Source: Candidatus Latescibacterota bacterium
Lineage (GTDB): Bacteria > Latescibacterota > UBA2968 > GCA-2709665
Direction of reading: 5' to 3'
DNA length: 64,000 nucleotides
Assembly (NCBI GenBank): GCA_965226795.1
Contig: CBDDDZ010000004.1
Location: 448,001 to 512,000 of the forward strand
This document shows, in pieces, positions 9,170 to 19,910 of this stretch (its first letter is position 1; every line of letters begins with the position of its first letter). The notes below the pieces were generated by a model, which was not told where the DNA came from, ran no database searches, and saw nothing but the letters and a program-made list of their open reading frames with translations. Both the position numbers and the translations under genes were made by a program.

Positions 9170-10249
9170 ATGAATGGCATCGATCAGGCTGAAACCCGCG
9201 TGGCTGCCGACGTGCTGGAAACATTCGTGCGCGACATGTTCCTGGCTGCCGGCGTGCCCGGCGGGGATGCGGAAACGATTGCCCGAACGATTCTCAGCCA
9301 GGAAATCCGCGGCAATACAACCCACGGGCTCCGGCTTGCCCATTTCAATCTTCGGGGGCTGGACGATGGTACGATCCGCGCCAATCCGGATCAGCCGGTC
9401 CTGAGCGATCGGGGCATGACCGCGGTCATCGAGGGAGACCACGGCGTTGGCATTGTCGGTTGCATGAAGGCGATGCGGCTGGCGATCCGGAAGGCCCGGG
9501 AGGGTGGCATCGGGATCGCTCTGATCGTACGTAACAACCATTTTCTCGCTGCGGTACCGTATTGCCTGGAAGCGGCCAACGCCGGCATGATCGGCATTGC
9601 GTTCTCGAACACCAAGGGTTCCATGGGATATCCGGGCGCCCGCGGCTCGGTCATCGGCAACACGCCAATGGGGTTCGGCATACCCACTGCCGGCGGTTTT
9701 CCGATCCTGTTCGACGCATGCATGACCGCCTCCGGGGGCAGGATGAGGCAGTGGATTCGAGAGGGCAGACGGATTCCGCGGGATATACGGGGGTTCGACC
9801 GGGACGGCAGGCCCACCGACGATCCACAGGCCGTAATCGGCGGTGGTACAACACTGCCCATTGGTGTCCACAAGGGCGCGGGTCTGGCCATTCTCGTGGA
9901 GGTGCTGACGGGCGTGCTGGGCGGCGCCGCTTTTCTGAGTGATATCACGCCCCGCGATCAGGCGGACAGAACGGACAAGACCCACGCGGTCAGCCACTGT
10001 TGCATCGCCATCGCCATTGAGGCGTTCATGCCCGTGGCGGAGTTCGAAGCGCGTATGGCGGACTTCATTGCCGATCTCAAGGACAATCCCCTGGACGGTG
10101 AGTCCGATGAGATCAGGTTGCCCGGCGAACGAATGGAGCGAACCAGGCGGGAATGCGAGATTCACGGAGTCCCCCTGGAACCGGATGTGCAGGACGAACT
10201 GGAGGCGTGGGCAGAACGACTGGGCGTGCGTTTTCCGGATACATTATAG
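9170..10249 (+). CDS. Ldh_2 family oxidoreductase (malate/L-lactate/ureidoglycolate dehydrogenase type)
   Basis: RGxxTHG, NNH, GNTP, HKGAGL and RLPGE motifs. Confidence 0.9.
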   Translation: MNGIDQAETRVAADVLETFVRDMFLAAGVPGGDAETIARTILSQEIRGNTTHGLRLAHFNLRGLDDGTIRANPDQPVLSDRGMTAVIEGDHGVGIVGCMKAMRLAIRKAREGGIGIALIVRNNHFLAAVPYCLEAANAGMIGIAFSNTKGSMGYPGARGSVIGNTPMGFGIPTAGGFPILFDACMTASGGRMRQWIREGRRIPRDIRGFDRDGRPTDDPQAVIGGGTTLPIGVHKGAGLAILVEVLTGVLGGAAFLSDITPRDQADRTDKTHAVSHCCIAIAIEAFMPVAEFEARMADFIADLKDNPLDGESDEIRLPGERMERTRRECEIHGVPLEPDVQDELEAWAERLGVRFPDTL

Positions 10250-10276
10250 CACGCAGCCGAGACGATGCTAGGGGAT

Positions 10277-10774
10277 ATGGACGACAGATACCGGATTCGC
10301 GCCGCAACCGGAGACGATCTGGACCGGATTGGGGAAATCATCCGCCAGGCGTGGGAGCCGATTTTCGGACTGCACGAAGAGAAATGGGGCGAGGAACTGT
10401 TCGAAGTGCTCTATGCGAACTGGCCCGAGAACATCAAGGCCAGTGTGGGACGCCATCTGGCGGAACACCCGGACTGGGCGTTCGTCGTGGCGTCGCGCGA
10501 GACCGGCGAGGTGGTGGCGTTCATCACCTACCTGATGGATCGGAAAAGAGGGATTGGAATCGTCGGCCTTAACGCCGTCTCGGCAGGGTTGCAGGGACAG
10601 GGTATCGGGACGAAGATGTACACCTTCGTCATGAATCGATTCCGGGAAGCGGGGCTTAAATACGCCCAGGTGCGAACCGGATTGAACGACGCGCAGACCG
10701 GCGCCCGGAGGGCCTACGAGAAGGCAGGCTTCAACATCGAGCGCAAAGAGATCACGTACTACGCGTATCTGTGA
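10277..10774 (+). CDS. GNAT family N-acetyltransferase
   Basis: AV...QGQGIG acetyl-CoA motif and ARRAYEKAGF. Confidence 0.9.
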   Translation: MDDRYRIRAATGDDLDRIGEIIRQAWEPIFGLHEEKWGEELFEVLYANWPENIKASVGRHLAEHPDWAFVVASRETGEVVAFITYLMDRKRGIGIVGLNAVSAGLQGQGIGTKMYTFVMNRFREAGLKYAQVRTGLNDAQTGARRAYEKAGFNIERKEITYYAYL

Positions 10775-10849
10775 TAGGGTAGCGATCAGACTTGCCAGGG
10801 GAACCTCCGGTCATCATTGATTCAGAGCGCTCATAGAAAGGGGGCGGGA

Positions 10850-11917
10850 TTGGAAAAGTACACCTTTCGGGGAGGCCCGGCCGAAGCGGGATGGGCGCAG
10901 GGTGCGCTCAATCCCGAATATGCCCAGCGGGAGTTGGAGCGAAGGTTGAAACCGCCCCAGAACTTCGAGGAGAGCTACTTCCGTGAGAACATGTCCTTCA
11001 TGAGGAGGGAATTCCCGGAACTGGTGGCGCAGATGGAGGCGTACGGCGAGGCTGCGGGGATTGAAGACTTCGATCATACGTATCTGCTGCACGTCTACTT
11101 TACGGCCGCCGACCTGGACGGATGCTCGGCGCTGGGCATAATGCTGAAGGACGACGGTCCGGCAATGGTGAGGACCTACGATACGAGTTCGGTCAGCAGG
11201 GTTGAAGATTTCGTGAAGGATAAAATCCTGATGAGCCTTCCGGACTGCAGGCCGCGCGGGCTGGTCGGCATCGGAGAGCGATTCGGTATTACGGTCGGCA
11301 CGGCGATCAACGACGCCGGTCTGCTGTTGGGCTGCGCGTCGGGCCACCGGAAATTCAATCCGGGTACCAACCCGGAACACGTCAATCTCTATTTCACCAC
11401 TCACCTGCTCGCCCAGTATTGCTCCGACTGCGACGACGTGCGGCACTTCCTCAGTCAGTACCGGATCTCGGGCATCAAGGGGCTCACGGGCGTCGCCGTG
11501 GACGCTGCCGGAGATATGGTGGGATTCGAACTGGAATCGGAGAATATCGCCCTTCGGGAACCTGAAGACGGGATGGTGATCGAGACCAACCACTGGCAGG
11601 ACCCGGACCTTCAGCGCCCGTCCCGCGAGGCCGATCCGGATTGGTGGACGAGCACATCGTATTACAACTCTCAGAACCGGATCCAGTACGCGGCCTGCCA
11701 CCGCGACCAGTTCCAAACGATGCGAACCGTGGATGAACTGGTGGATTTCTCATTCGACGTGCACGCGCCGGGAAGGCTCCTGCAAGCGCCGGAAACCAAT
11801 ATCGGAAACTGGTTCACGACTCACGGGAGCTTTATGACGTCGCGGGACCGGAAGATACGCGTCCACCGGTATCCGCTGGAGAAGGAACAATTCACGGAAA
11901 TGGCGTACGGCGAGTGA
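10850..11917 (+). CDS. C45 family Ntn-hydrolase/acyltransferase (AAT-like), paralog 1
   Basis: GCSA putative autocleavage Cys, INDAGL and TNH motifs. Start uncertain (TTG 10817 or 10850). Confidence 0.75.
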   Translation: MEKYTFRGGPAEAGWAQGALNPEYAQRELERRLKPPQNFEESYFRENMSFMRREFPELVAQMEAYGEAAGIEDFDHTYLLHVYFTAADLDGCSALGIMLKDDGPAMVRTYDTSSVSRVEDFVKDKILMSLPDCRPRGLVGIGERFGITVGTAINDAGLLLGCASGHRKFNPGTNPEHVNLYFTTHLLAQYCSDCDDVRHFLSQYRISGIKGLTGVAVDAAGDMVGFELESENIALREPEDGMVIETNHWQDPDLQRPSREADPDWWTSTSYYNSQNRIQYAACHRDQFQTMRTVDELVDFSFDVHAPGRLLQAPETNIGNWFTTHGSFMTSRDRKIRVHRYPLEKEQFTEMAYGE

Positions 11918-12097
11918 AACGGATGCAGGCCACCCATAAGAAGCACTCGCCACGTTTGGTTGCGGCCTGCTGGTTCGATTGGCAAACAGACCCGGCTAAC
12001 CGGGAGGAGAAACGAATATGAAGGAGAATACGGAAATGGCGGATAATCCGGACCGGATGAACACGGACCCGGGCAGCGGCAGACGGGTTTCCTGCTC

Positions 12098-13549
12098 ATG
12101 GACGGAGTCGAGTCCGTTTATCACGTGGCTCAGGCCGTGTGTGAGGCCGAAAAGCATCCCCTCAACCCCGTACTTCCGGTGGGCGACTCGCACGAGTGGG
12201 ATTCGACGCACTGCGCGCCATGGTCGTCGCCCTCCGTTATCTACGACGACGAGGACAAACTCTTCAAGGCCTGGTACGCGGGTTCGGACATCGCGCCCTC
12301 GCGATGGTGGGCAACCGGTTACGCGTTCAGCGAGGACGGCGTCAACTGGCACAAACCCGAGCTGGGCTTGTACGAGTACAACGGGAGCAAGAAAAACAAC
12401 ATCGTCATGGACGGGCGAGGGCCGATCATCAAAGACGACACCGAGCCGGACCCGAACAAGCGATTCAAGGGGATCAAGCGCAGCTTCGGCGGACAGGCGG
12501 TCTATGCGCGCAAGGGCGCCCGGGCCAACTACTCGTCCGACGGGATCCACTGGACCGAGGGTCCGAATATCGACCTGCCCGAGTGGTTTCGGGGCCCACC
12601 CGATATCGGCGTACTCGTCCGCGACGACCAGGACCCCGATCCCTCTCGGCGGTACAAGACCGTTTTCCAGGAGATGGTGCCGTTCGACAAGCCGGATATC
12701 AAGTGCCATGCCGATCGGTACCGCGGCCTCGGGCGCGCCAAGATTCTGGCGTACGGGCCGGATATCGAGCACTTTCGACGGGCGGAAGAAAACCCCCTCA
12801 TCTCCCCCGCCGACGGCCTCGAGTACGAGGACCATCACATCATGATGTCGCCGTACGGGGGCGCGTGGATCATCTGCTACGAGTACGGTTGGTACGTGCC
12901 GAGCCGCTACGGCTGCTACGGGATGTACGCGGCCGACATCCGTCTGGCCGTGAGCGGGGACGGACTCAATTTCCACCGTGCGAATCCCCATCAGAAGGTA
13001 ATCAGTCGCGGCGCGCACGGCGAGTGGGACGGGGGGCTGCTCATCATTACGGATAAGCCGGTCGTCAAGGACGGGACCATCTACATGTTCTATGGCGGAT
13101 CGGGCGAAGAATTCACGAGTTGGCCGCCGGAAAACGAGGTCCCCGAATTCATCCATGAAATGGGCAGCGGGAGCGCGCGCATGGCGCGGATGGGCCTGGC
13201 CACGCTCCGCGAGGACGGGTTCACCTGCCTGGAGACGCCGGACCGCGAGACGCCCGGACACGCGACGACCACGCCGCTGGCATTGACCGACCGTTCGACC
13301 ACGCTGACGGTCAACGTCGGAGACGTTCGACAGAACCGAAACTGGGTAGAGGTCGAGGTCATTGACGCTGATTCCGGCGAGCCGATTCCGGGATATGGAT
13401 GCGAGGACTGCGACGACATCTACGTCGACGGACTGCGGCGCCCCGTGGAATGGGGCGGGAAACGTCTTGCCGACATCGGTAGAACCCGGTTCAAACTGCG
13501 ATTCCGGCTGTATGGCGCGGCGCGGCTCTACGGATACAAATTCGTCTGA
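12098..13549 (+). CDS. Five-bladed beta-propeller glycoside hydrolase-like protein
   Basis: KHPLNPVL, SEDGVNWHKP, SSDGIHW and LREDGF motifs. Confidence 0.75.
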   Translation: MDGVESVYHVAQAVCEAEKHPLNPVLPVGDSHEWDSTHCAPWSSPSVIYDDEDKLFKAWYAGSDIAPSRWWATGYAFSEDGVNWHKPELGLYEYNGSKKNNIVMDGRGPIIKDDTEPDPNKRFKGIKRSFGGQAVYARKGARANYSSDGIHWTEGPNIDLPEWFRGPPDIGVLVRDDQDPDPSRRYKTVFQEMVPFDKPDIKCHADRYRGLGRAKILAYGPDIEHFRRAEENPLISPADGLEYEDHHIMMSPYGGAWIICYEYGWYVPSRYGCYGMYAADIRLAVSGDGLNFHRANPHQKVISRGAHGEWDGGLLIITDKPVVKDGTIYMFYGGSGEEFTSWPPENEVPEFIHEMGSGSARMARMGLATLREDGFTCLETPDRETPGHATTTPLALTDRSTTLTVNVGDVRQNRNWVEVEVIDADSGEPIPGYGCEDCDDIYVDGLRRPVEWGGKRLADIGRTRFKLRFRLYGAARLYGYKFV

Positions 13550-13578
13550 GGGATACCGCCGACGGTGTAAGGATTCTC

Positions 13579-15408
13579 ATGGATGAGCAACCGAGGTGCG
13601 ACGTTATTGTTGCCAGGGACGTGATGGTCCCCATGCGGGACGGCGTGCGCCTGGCAACGGACATCTACTTCCCCGGGAAGTTCGCGCGCGAACGAACCGG
13701 GACCTTCCCTGCCGTCCTGAACAGGACGCCGTACAATAAGACCGGCGGTGCGAACACGGCGAGTTTTTTCGCGCGTCACGGCTATATGTCCGTCGTACAG
13801 GACTGCCGGGGACGCTATGGTTCCGAAGGCGTGTTCTTTCCGTTCAGAGACGATCCGGAGGACGGATACGACACCATCCAGTGGATTGCCGATCATCCCT
13901 CGTGCAACGGAAAAGTGGGAATGCACGGGTGTTCTTACGATGCATGGGTGCAGTTCCACGCGGCCACCCGGAACCCCCCGGCGCTGGCCACGATGATCCC
14001 GTTTGAAGGACCCATCAACGCCTACCATTACAGCATGCGGGAGGGCGGCGCCCTGCATCTGGGGCTTCTGAACTGGGCGGTCCGGATGTCGACCACGGGC
14101 CACGAGGCGCAGGCGAACCCGGCGATCGCCGAGGCCATACGGCCGATGTCCGCCGACGGACGGCAATTCCTGGAGTGGGCTTCCCGCATACCGTGGAGGC
14201 GCGGTCAGACCCCTCTGGCGATCGTGCCCCAGTACGAAGACGCGGTCTTCCAGCTATATTTCGAGAATAACGACTATACCGAATTCTGGCGGCAGCCGGG
14301 ATTCGCCATGGACGAGTACTTCGATTCGTTTCCCGATATGCCCATCCTCTGGATGGCGGGCTGGTTCGACTGGTATCCCAGGACCATCATCGACGGATTT
14401 CAAAAGATGGTAAGCATGGACCGGAAGCACCAGCACCTGCTCGTGGGTCCCTGGACGCACGGCAACTGCGAACCGTCCTGCGGCGACGTGCACTTCGGGC
14501 CGGAGGGCGGTCTCCATTTCCAACAGGATTTTCTTCAGCTCTACCTTCAGTGGTTCAACCGGTGGCTCAAGGAGGACGACGCGGTAGACGTGGGCAGCGC
14601 CGTGCGGATGTTCCGGATGGGCGGCGGGGACGGCGGCCGCGACCGGGATGGACTCCTGAAGCACGGCGGGAAGTGGTTCAGCGTGGATGGCTGGCCGCCG
14701 GAGGGCTCGCGTGCGACACCGTACTATCTCCACGAAAACGGGATCCTGTCGGCCGAAGCGCCCTCCTTGGAAGACGCATCCACGACGTACACCTACGACC
14801 CGCGCAACACGGTGTCCAGCAACGGCCGCTGCATCGTCCCCTACGGTCCGATGAAGGAGGGGTGGTTCAAGGGGATGGGACCCCGCGACCAGATTGAAAT
14901 AGAGACCCTTCCCGGCCATGGTATTCCGGGCATGCCCATCGCCTCGCGGCCGGATGTGCTGGTCTTTCAAACCTCGCCATTGAACGCGGATGTTTCTATC
15001 GCGGGGAACATCAGGGGGATCCTCTGGATATCTTCGGACGCGCCGGATACCGATTTCTTTTTGAAGCTTCTCGACGTACATTCGTCCAGCCCTGATTATC
15101 CGAACGGATACGCCTTACCGGTTTCCGAGGGTATCCTGCGGGTGCGATACAGGGACAGCTTCGAACAACCGTGTCCGATGGAACCCGACACCGTGTATCC
15201 CATTGAGATCGACATGCAGCCGTCCGCGAACCTCTTCAAGGCCGGCCATCGCATCCGTCTGGACATCTGCAGCAGCAACTTTCCCAACTACGACATCAAC
15301 CGGAACACGGGCGATCCGGACGACAGAAACTGGCGCATCGCGCGGAACACGGTCTATCACGAGGCCGGGCGCGGTTCGTACGTTCAACTGCCCATCTGGA
15401 CGGCGTGA
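13579..15408 (+). CDS. CocE/NonD family hydrolase
   Basis: MRDGVRLATD, RTPY, GCSYDA nucleophile motif, GPWTH and C-terminal PepX_C GHRIRLDI. Confidence 0.92.
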   Translation: MDEQPRCDVIVARDVMVPMRDGVRLATDIYFPGKFARERTGTFPAVLNRTPYNKTGGANTASFFARHGYMSVVQDCRGRYGSEGVFFPFRDDPEDGYDTIQWIADHPSCNGKVGMHGCSYDAWVQFHAATRNPPALATMIPFEGPINAYHYSMREGGALHLGLLNWAVRMSTTGHEAQANPAIAEAIRPMSADGRQFLEWASRIPWRRGQTPLAIVPQYEDAVFQLYFENNDYTEFWRQPGFAMDEYFDSFPDMPILWMAGWFDWYPRTIIDGFQKMVSMDRKHQHLLVGPWTHGNCEPSCGDVHFGPEGGLHFQQDFLQLYLQWFNRWLKEDDAVDVGSAVRMFRMGGGDGGRDRDGLLKHGGKWFSVDGWPPEGSRATPYYLHENGILSAEAPSLEDASTTYTYDPRNTVSSNGRCIVPYGPMKEGWFKGMGPRDQIEIETLPGHGIPGMPIASRPDVLVFQTSPLNADVSIAGNIRGILWISSDAPDTDFFLKLLDVHSSSPDYPNGYALPVSEGILRVRYRDSFEQPCPMEPDTVYPIEIDMQPSANLFKAGHRIRLDICSSNFPNYDINRNTGDPDDRNWRIARNTVYHEAGRGSYVQLPIWTA

Positions 15409-15520
15409 TGGATCGCCTCGTCCGCCAGGGGAAACCCTGGCAAAAGCCGGGCAAAGGGCAGAAGCCCGGAGACCAGGCGTTTCACGCGGAAATGCCGGAC
15501 GAAAGGACACCGCTCGGCCG

Positions 15521-16597
15521 ATGGAGGATAAATTGGGATCCGAGAGGACAGATTCTACCCCGGAGACTCGTGGAATTGCGGGCAGAAAGCTGCTCTGCCT
15601 GGATATTCCGGAAGAACCCATCGTGGTGTCGGGCTTCGCCTGGCTGGATCGGGAGCGACGGTTCTGCCGGCTGCCGGTCGACGCTTTGCCAGACGTGAGC
15701 GAGGCCGTCCGGAGACTGGCTTGGTGCGCCTCGGGCGGGATGGCTCGTTTCAGGACGGATTCCGGCACGATCGCCATCCGGGTGGAGTTGGCGGAAGTCG
15801 TCGACATGCCGCACATGCCGCGATCCGGAAATTCCGGGTTCGACATTTATGAGGGAGTCGGAACGGAGAAGCGGTTCATAAACGCCGCCAGACCCCCCAT
15901 GAATGAACAGGTATACGAAACGCTCCTGGTCGATGGACCGGACAGCGGCATGCGGGAGTGGACGCTGAATTTTCCGGTTTACAACGGCGTCAACCGGGTT
16001 GTTGTCGGACTGGACCCTTGCGCGAAAATCGACCCTCCCTCGCGATTCACGGTTGAGAAGCCGCTTCTCTTCTACGGATCTTCAATCACGCACGGAGGCT
16101 GCGCGTCCCGGCCGGGGAACACGTACCCCCACGTCCTGGCGCGTTGGCTGGATGCGAACCTGGTCAACTTCGGATTCAGTGGAAGCGCACGGGGGGAACC
16201 GGCCATGGCCCGTCTGGTCGCAACGGTGGACATGAGCGTGTTTGTGATGGATTACGACCACAATGCGCCGACGGCCGAGCATCTGGAGCAGACACACGAG
16301 GCGTTCTTCCGGATTGTGAGGGAGGCCCGTCCCGAGCTTCCCGTTATAATCGTCTCGAGTCCCTCAATCAATGCCAATCCGTCACGCTGGGCGGAGAGGC
16401 GAGAGATCGTTCGAAGGACATATCTGAATGCCGTGAGTCGGGGTGACACCAGGGTCTGGTTTGTGGATGGAGAGACCCTATTCGGCACAACCGATCGGGA
16501 CGGCTGTACCGTCGACGGGGTTCACCCGAACGACCTGGGATTCCTGCGCATGGCCAAAGCGATTCGTCCGCCGGTCGAGGCCGCCTGCCTTGCATAA
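15521..16597 (+). CDS. SGNH/GDSL hydrolase with N-terminal GxDLY domain
   Basis: GFDIY, YGSSITHG, GFSG and DGVHPNDLG motifs. Confidence 0.9.
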   Translation: MEDKLGSERTDSTPETRGIAGRKLLCLDIPEEPIVVSGFAWLDRERRFCRLPVDALPDVSEAVRRLAWCASGGMARFRTDSGTIAIRVELAEVVDMPHMPRSGNSGFDIYEGVGTEKRFINAARPPMNEQVYETLLVDGPDSGMREWTLNFPVYNGVNRVVVGLDPCAKIDPPSRFTVEKPLLFYGSSITHGGCASRPGNTYPHVLARWLDANLVNFGFSGSARGEPAMARLVATVDMSVFVMDYDHNAPTAEHLEQTHEAFFRIVREARPELPVIIVSSPSINANPSRWAERREIVRRTYLNAVSRGDTRVWFVDGETLFGTTDRDGCTVDGVHPNDLGFLRMAKAIRPPVEAACLA

Positions 16598-16674
16598 CGT
16601 ACCGGGCGGACCTGATCTGGAATTGGGAGTCGGAAATCAGGAAGAAAAAAGATCCACGACACAAGGAGGCTTAT

Positions 16675-17739
16675 ATGAAGACGCGTATTTTTCGCGGCAG
16701 TCCCGCGGAAATCGGAAAGGCACAGGGCACGATGGACCCGGAAGCCGCGCGGGACTATCTGAAGTTCTGGCAGGCCCGCCCGCACGATTTCCGGAATTCC
16801 TACTTTCGCAAAAATATGGCGTTCATGCGGCGGGAATTCCCCGATATGATCGAGCAGATCGAGGCGTTCGGTGAGGCGGCCGGAATGGCCTCTTTCGACC
16901 ACGCGTACTATGGCCATATACTCTGGACGGGACCCGCGGGGGATGCCTGCTCCACCCTGGGAATCCTGCTGGAAGACGACGGACCCGCGATGTTGTCCAC
17001 CAACGATGGAGGGACGGACACAGTGCCCGGGACCGTATCGAGTACCGTGGTTTCCACATTTCCGGACACGAAACCCCATGGGATGATGGGGTTGGGCACC
17101 GCGCGACACGTCACCCTCGGGGCGGCCGTGAACGATTCCGGCCTGGCCGTGGGCGCCAACTCCGGGCACCGGAAGTTCAATTTCGTCTCCAATCCCGAAC
17201 ACCTGAACCTCTATTTTGTCGTTCACCTGCTCGCCCAGCACTGCGGCGACTGCGATGACGTCCGCCATTTCGTGGACCAGTACCGTCTTTCCGGACAAAA
17301 GGGGATGAATCTGGTCACCGTCGACGCCTTGGGGAATATGCTGGGCCTGGAACTGGAGTCGGAGAATGTCGCCATTTCAGAGGCGCAGGACGGTATGCTC
17401 CTGGAGGTGAACCACTGGCGGCATCCCAGGCTCCGGAAGCCGTCGCGCGAGGCGAACCCCGATTTCTGGGACGGGCCATACTATTACAACTCCCAGGCCC
17501 GCGTCATGTATTTCGAGCACTATCGAAACGTGTTCGCGCGGATGAAGACCATGCAGGAACTGGTCGACTTCTCGTTCGACGTCCACGCGCCGGGGCGCAT
17601 CCTGCAGATGCAGGGGCTGAACGTGGGCGATCTGATCTCCTGCCAGGTGATGTTCGCAACCACGAGAGATCGACGCATGCGGCTCTACCTGCATCCTATC
17701 GAAAAAGACAATTACGAGGAGTTTCAATTTCCCACTTGA
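16675..17739 (+). CDS. C45 family Ntn-hydrolase/acyltransferase, paralog 2
   Basis: ACST Cys motif; long blocks shared with the 10850 ORF (SGHRKFN, NPEHxNLYF, FSFDVHAPGR). Confidence 0.75.
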   Translation: MKTRIFRGSPAEIGKAQGTMDPEAARDYLKFWQARPHDFRNSYFRKNMAFMRREFPDMIEQIEAFGEAAGMASFDHAYYGHILWTGPAGDACSTLGILLEDDGPAMLSTNDGGTDTVPGTVSSTVVSTFPDTKPHGMMGLGTARHVTLGAAVNDSGLAVGANSGHRKFNFVSNPEHLNLYFVVHLLAQHCGDCDDVRHFVDQYRLSGQKGMNLVTVDALGNMLGLELESENVAISEAQDGMLLEVNHWRHPRLRKPSREANPDFWDGPYYYNSQARVMYFEHYRNVFARMKTMQELVDFSFDVHAPGRILQMQGLNVGDLISCQVMFATTRDRRMRLYLHPIEKDNYEEFQFPT

Positions 17740-18050
17740 CCATAGGGTGGCAGGGTAATCGCGAAAAGCGACCTCCATGGGCTTCCGTAGCCTGAGGTGT
17801 CGCATTTTGCGACAGAAAATGGCGCCCCGAATGAAGATGCCTGTTGCGATACGGAAGCGAATATTGTAGACTTTGGAGTAAACTCATCGATTCACAGATG
17901 AGCTTCGGTGGCAGGCATTCGTCGTCGTCCTTGAGGCGCGGCTTTTTACACGTTTGTCCTTCTGGTTTGCACGACATTGTCCGACAAGCCGGGGGACGTA
18001 TCGAAAAGGAGCAGGATTTGAGCCCCATTGCGACAATTCCGTACCCGTAC

Positions 18051-18938
18051 GTGAAGGTAACGAACCTGAAGTTCTTCTCACGTATGGTCCCCATTCTCAT
18101 CCTCGCCCTCGGTATCCTTGCGCCCAGGGCCGCCTTCGCGGGCGCGTGGACGTTGGAAAAGGGCCAGGTTTGGAGTAAGATCACCGGGTTGTACCAGGCC
18201 ACCGACAAACACTACGGCCAGAATGGAGACGCGAGCAAGTTCGCCGCCGATTACACATCCCAGGAGGTGTATTTCGACGTGTTCTACGGCGTGACGAAAC
18301 GCTTCGACGTCGGCGTGCAGTTCGCCGCCATAAACAGGAAGTTTGAGAATTTCACTGCGGATACGCACAGAAGCATGTTCGGGTATCGCGCCAAGGAGTC
18401 AGGTCTGGGCGATATTCGCGGCTTCGCCAAGATCAACCTCGTGCACGAACCTGTCGTGGGCACCCTGAAACTCGGAATCAAAACCCCGTCCGGTGAATTC
18501 CGCGCCGCGCCCGAGGCCATGTCCGCCAGCGACGGTCAGTGGGATTTCGAAGTAATCGCGCAAATCGGCCGTTCCTACTGGCCGACCCCGGTCTACGCCA
18601 ATATCGATCTGGGGTATCGCCTCCGGGAGACGAACGATACCATCCACCACAACCCGGACGACGAGTTGATCTACAACGCCGAGGTCGGCGGCAGTCCCAT
18701 CGAGATGCTGAATCTCGCCCTCAAACTGGAAGGTATCTCGAGCGCCGGCAGGCGCATCACCTATCTGATACCCACGGTCCACGTGAGTCTTCCTCAAGGC
18801 CTGGGCATCGAAGCCGCGGCGCGTGTGTCCGTGCTCGGACGCGCCGACCCGTCGGTGGGTCCTCCGCCACATACTTATTTCGCCGGCTCCACGTGGATGC
18901 TGGGGATCTCCTATACCGGAAACCTGATGATGCGCTAG
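18051..18938 (+). CDS. Signal-peptide-bearing outer-membrane beta-barrel-like protein
   Basis: Signal peptide ending AFA-GAWT, SGLGDI motif, amphipathic strands. Start uncertain. Confidence 0.55.
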   Translation: MKVTNLKFFSRMVPILILALGILAPRAAFAGAWTLEKGQVWSKITGLYQATDKHYGQNGDASKFAADYTSQEVYFDVFYGVTKRFDVGVQFAAINRKFENFTADTHRSMFGYRAKESGLGDIRGFAKINLVHEPVVGTLKLGIKTPSGEFRAAPEAMSASDGQWDFEVIAQIGRSYWPTPVYANIDLGYRLRETNDTIHHNPDDELIYNAEVGGSPIEMLNLALKLEGISSAGRRITYLIPTVHVSLPQGLGIEAAARVSVLGRADPSVGPPPHTYFAGSTWMLGISYTGNLMMR

Positions 18939-18993
18939 CCGCACCATTGGGGGAACCCGCCGTCGTCTATGTAGCGACAAGAAGAACACGAAA

Positions 18994-19030
18994 CAGAGGG
19001 GAAGGGGCGATCGCCCCTTCCCCTGTTTTT
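18994..19030 (+). terminator. Intrinsic terminator
   Basis: GGGGAAGGGGCGATCGCCCCTTCCCC hairpin followed by TGTTTTT. Confidence 0.8.
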
Positions 19031-19263
19031 CAACTCTCGAATTCAAGCCGCAACAAACGAAACGAAGCCGGATTAAACGAGGATCCGGAACTGTTAAGCC
19101 TTGATTCGTCAAAGACGCCGGCCCGCCGACCTTTAAGTCTTCACTTCGCCATCATTAACCCACCGGGGGCGTCGCCGCCTCCGATCGGAGACTTCTGTAG
19201 CCTTAACGCCAGTGTCTGCATCCTGTGCATTCTAGAACGTGCGGCCTTAACGTCACCGGGATT

Positions 19264-19668
19264 TCAGACAAAGGGATCGACGAGTTCTACACCGCTGGCT
19301 TCGAAATCGCGACGATTTCGGGTCGCCAGGAGTAATCCGTTAGTCAGAGCGGTGGCGGCAATGAGGCTGTCTTTGATCGGCATCGGCTTTCCGAGAAAAC
19401 GGAGATGCGCCAGCAGTTCGGCCCAGCGCAATCCCGTCTCGGCATCCCACGGGACACAGTGAATGCGACGGGCGACATCGTCGAACCAACGCTCGAGCGC
19501 GCGACGCCGACGCCCCGGTGGCAGCATAAGGATCCCGAAGCGGATTTCTCCCAGGATCCCAGGATCGACGGCCAGGTCGCGTTCGGTCCGCGCCAACCAT
19601 TCGATCACCTTCGGATCCGGCCTCGGCTGGGTCGCTTCGCACAGTACGTTGGCATCCACGAGATACAT
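19264..19668 (-). CDS. vapC: VapC family PIN toxin
   Basis: YLVDANV...GEI...DSLIAATA...TRNRRDF. Confidence 0.92.
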   Translation of the reverse strand: MYLVDANVLCEATQPRPDPKVIEWLARTERDLAVDPGILGEIRFGILMLPPGRRRRALERWFDDVARRIHCVPWDAETGLRWAELLAHLRFLGKPMPIKDSLIAATALTNGLLLATRNRRDFEASGVELVDPFV

Positions 19669-19910
19669 CACGGCGGCCATCCAAGGGAGTCAGTAGACTC
19701 CGATTCGATCGGCACGAACCAGCCTTTTTCAGGACACGCCAGGAGTGTATTCAACAGCCCGTGGTTCTTTGGGGGGTCGACAATGACCAGGCGATATTCG
19801 CCTTTGTCCACCCGTTCAATTGCAAACGATTGGCCAGGTTCGAGCTTGTCCTGATGGCGAAACTCGGCCGGAATGACTATCTGACCCTTGGACGAGAGGA
19901 CTGTCTTCAT
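19668..19910 (-). CDS. AbrB/MazE/SpoVT antitoxin
   Basis: SSKGQIVIPAEFR motif; its stop codon overlaps the vapC start. Confidence 0.9.
   Translation of the reverse strand: MKTVLSSKGQIVIPAEFRHQDKLEPGQSFAIERVDKGEYRLVIVDPPKNHGLLNTLLACPEKGWFVPIESESTDSLGWPP

Noticed and set aside
5795..9180. Long antisense ORFs (5795-7108, 7711-9180, and similar at 11996, 45214, 53740)
   Set aside because: These are shadow frames of GC-rich genes with no recognisable motifs.
12036..12098. Frameshifted N-terminus of the 12098 hydrolase
   Set aside because: An out-of-frame ATG with an RBS exists upstream, but ATG 12098 gives a plausible protein; undecidable from sequence alone.
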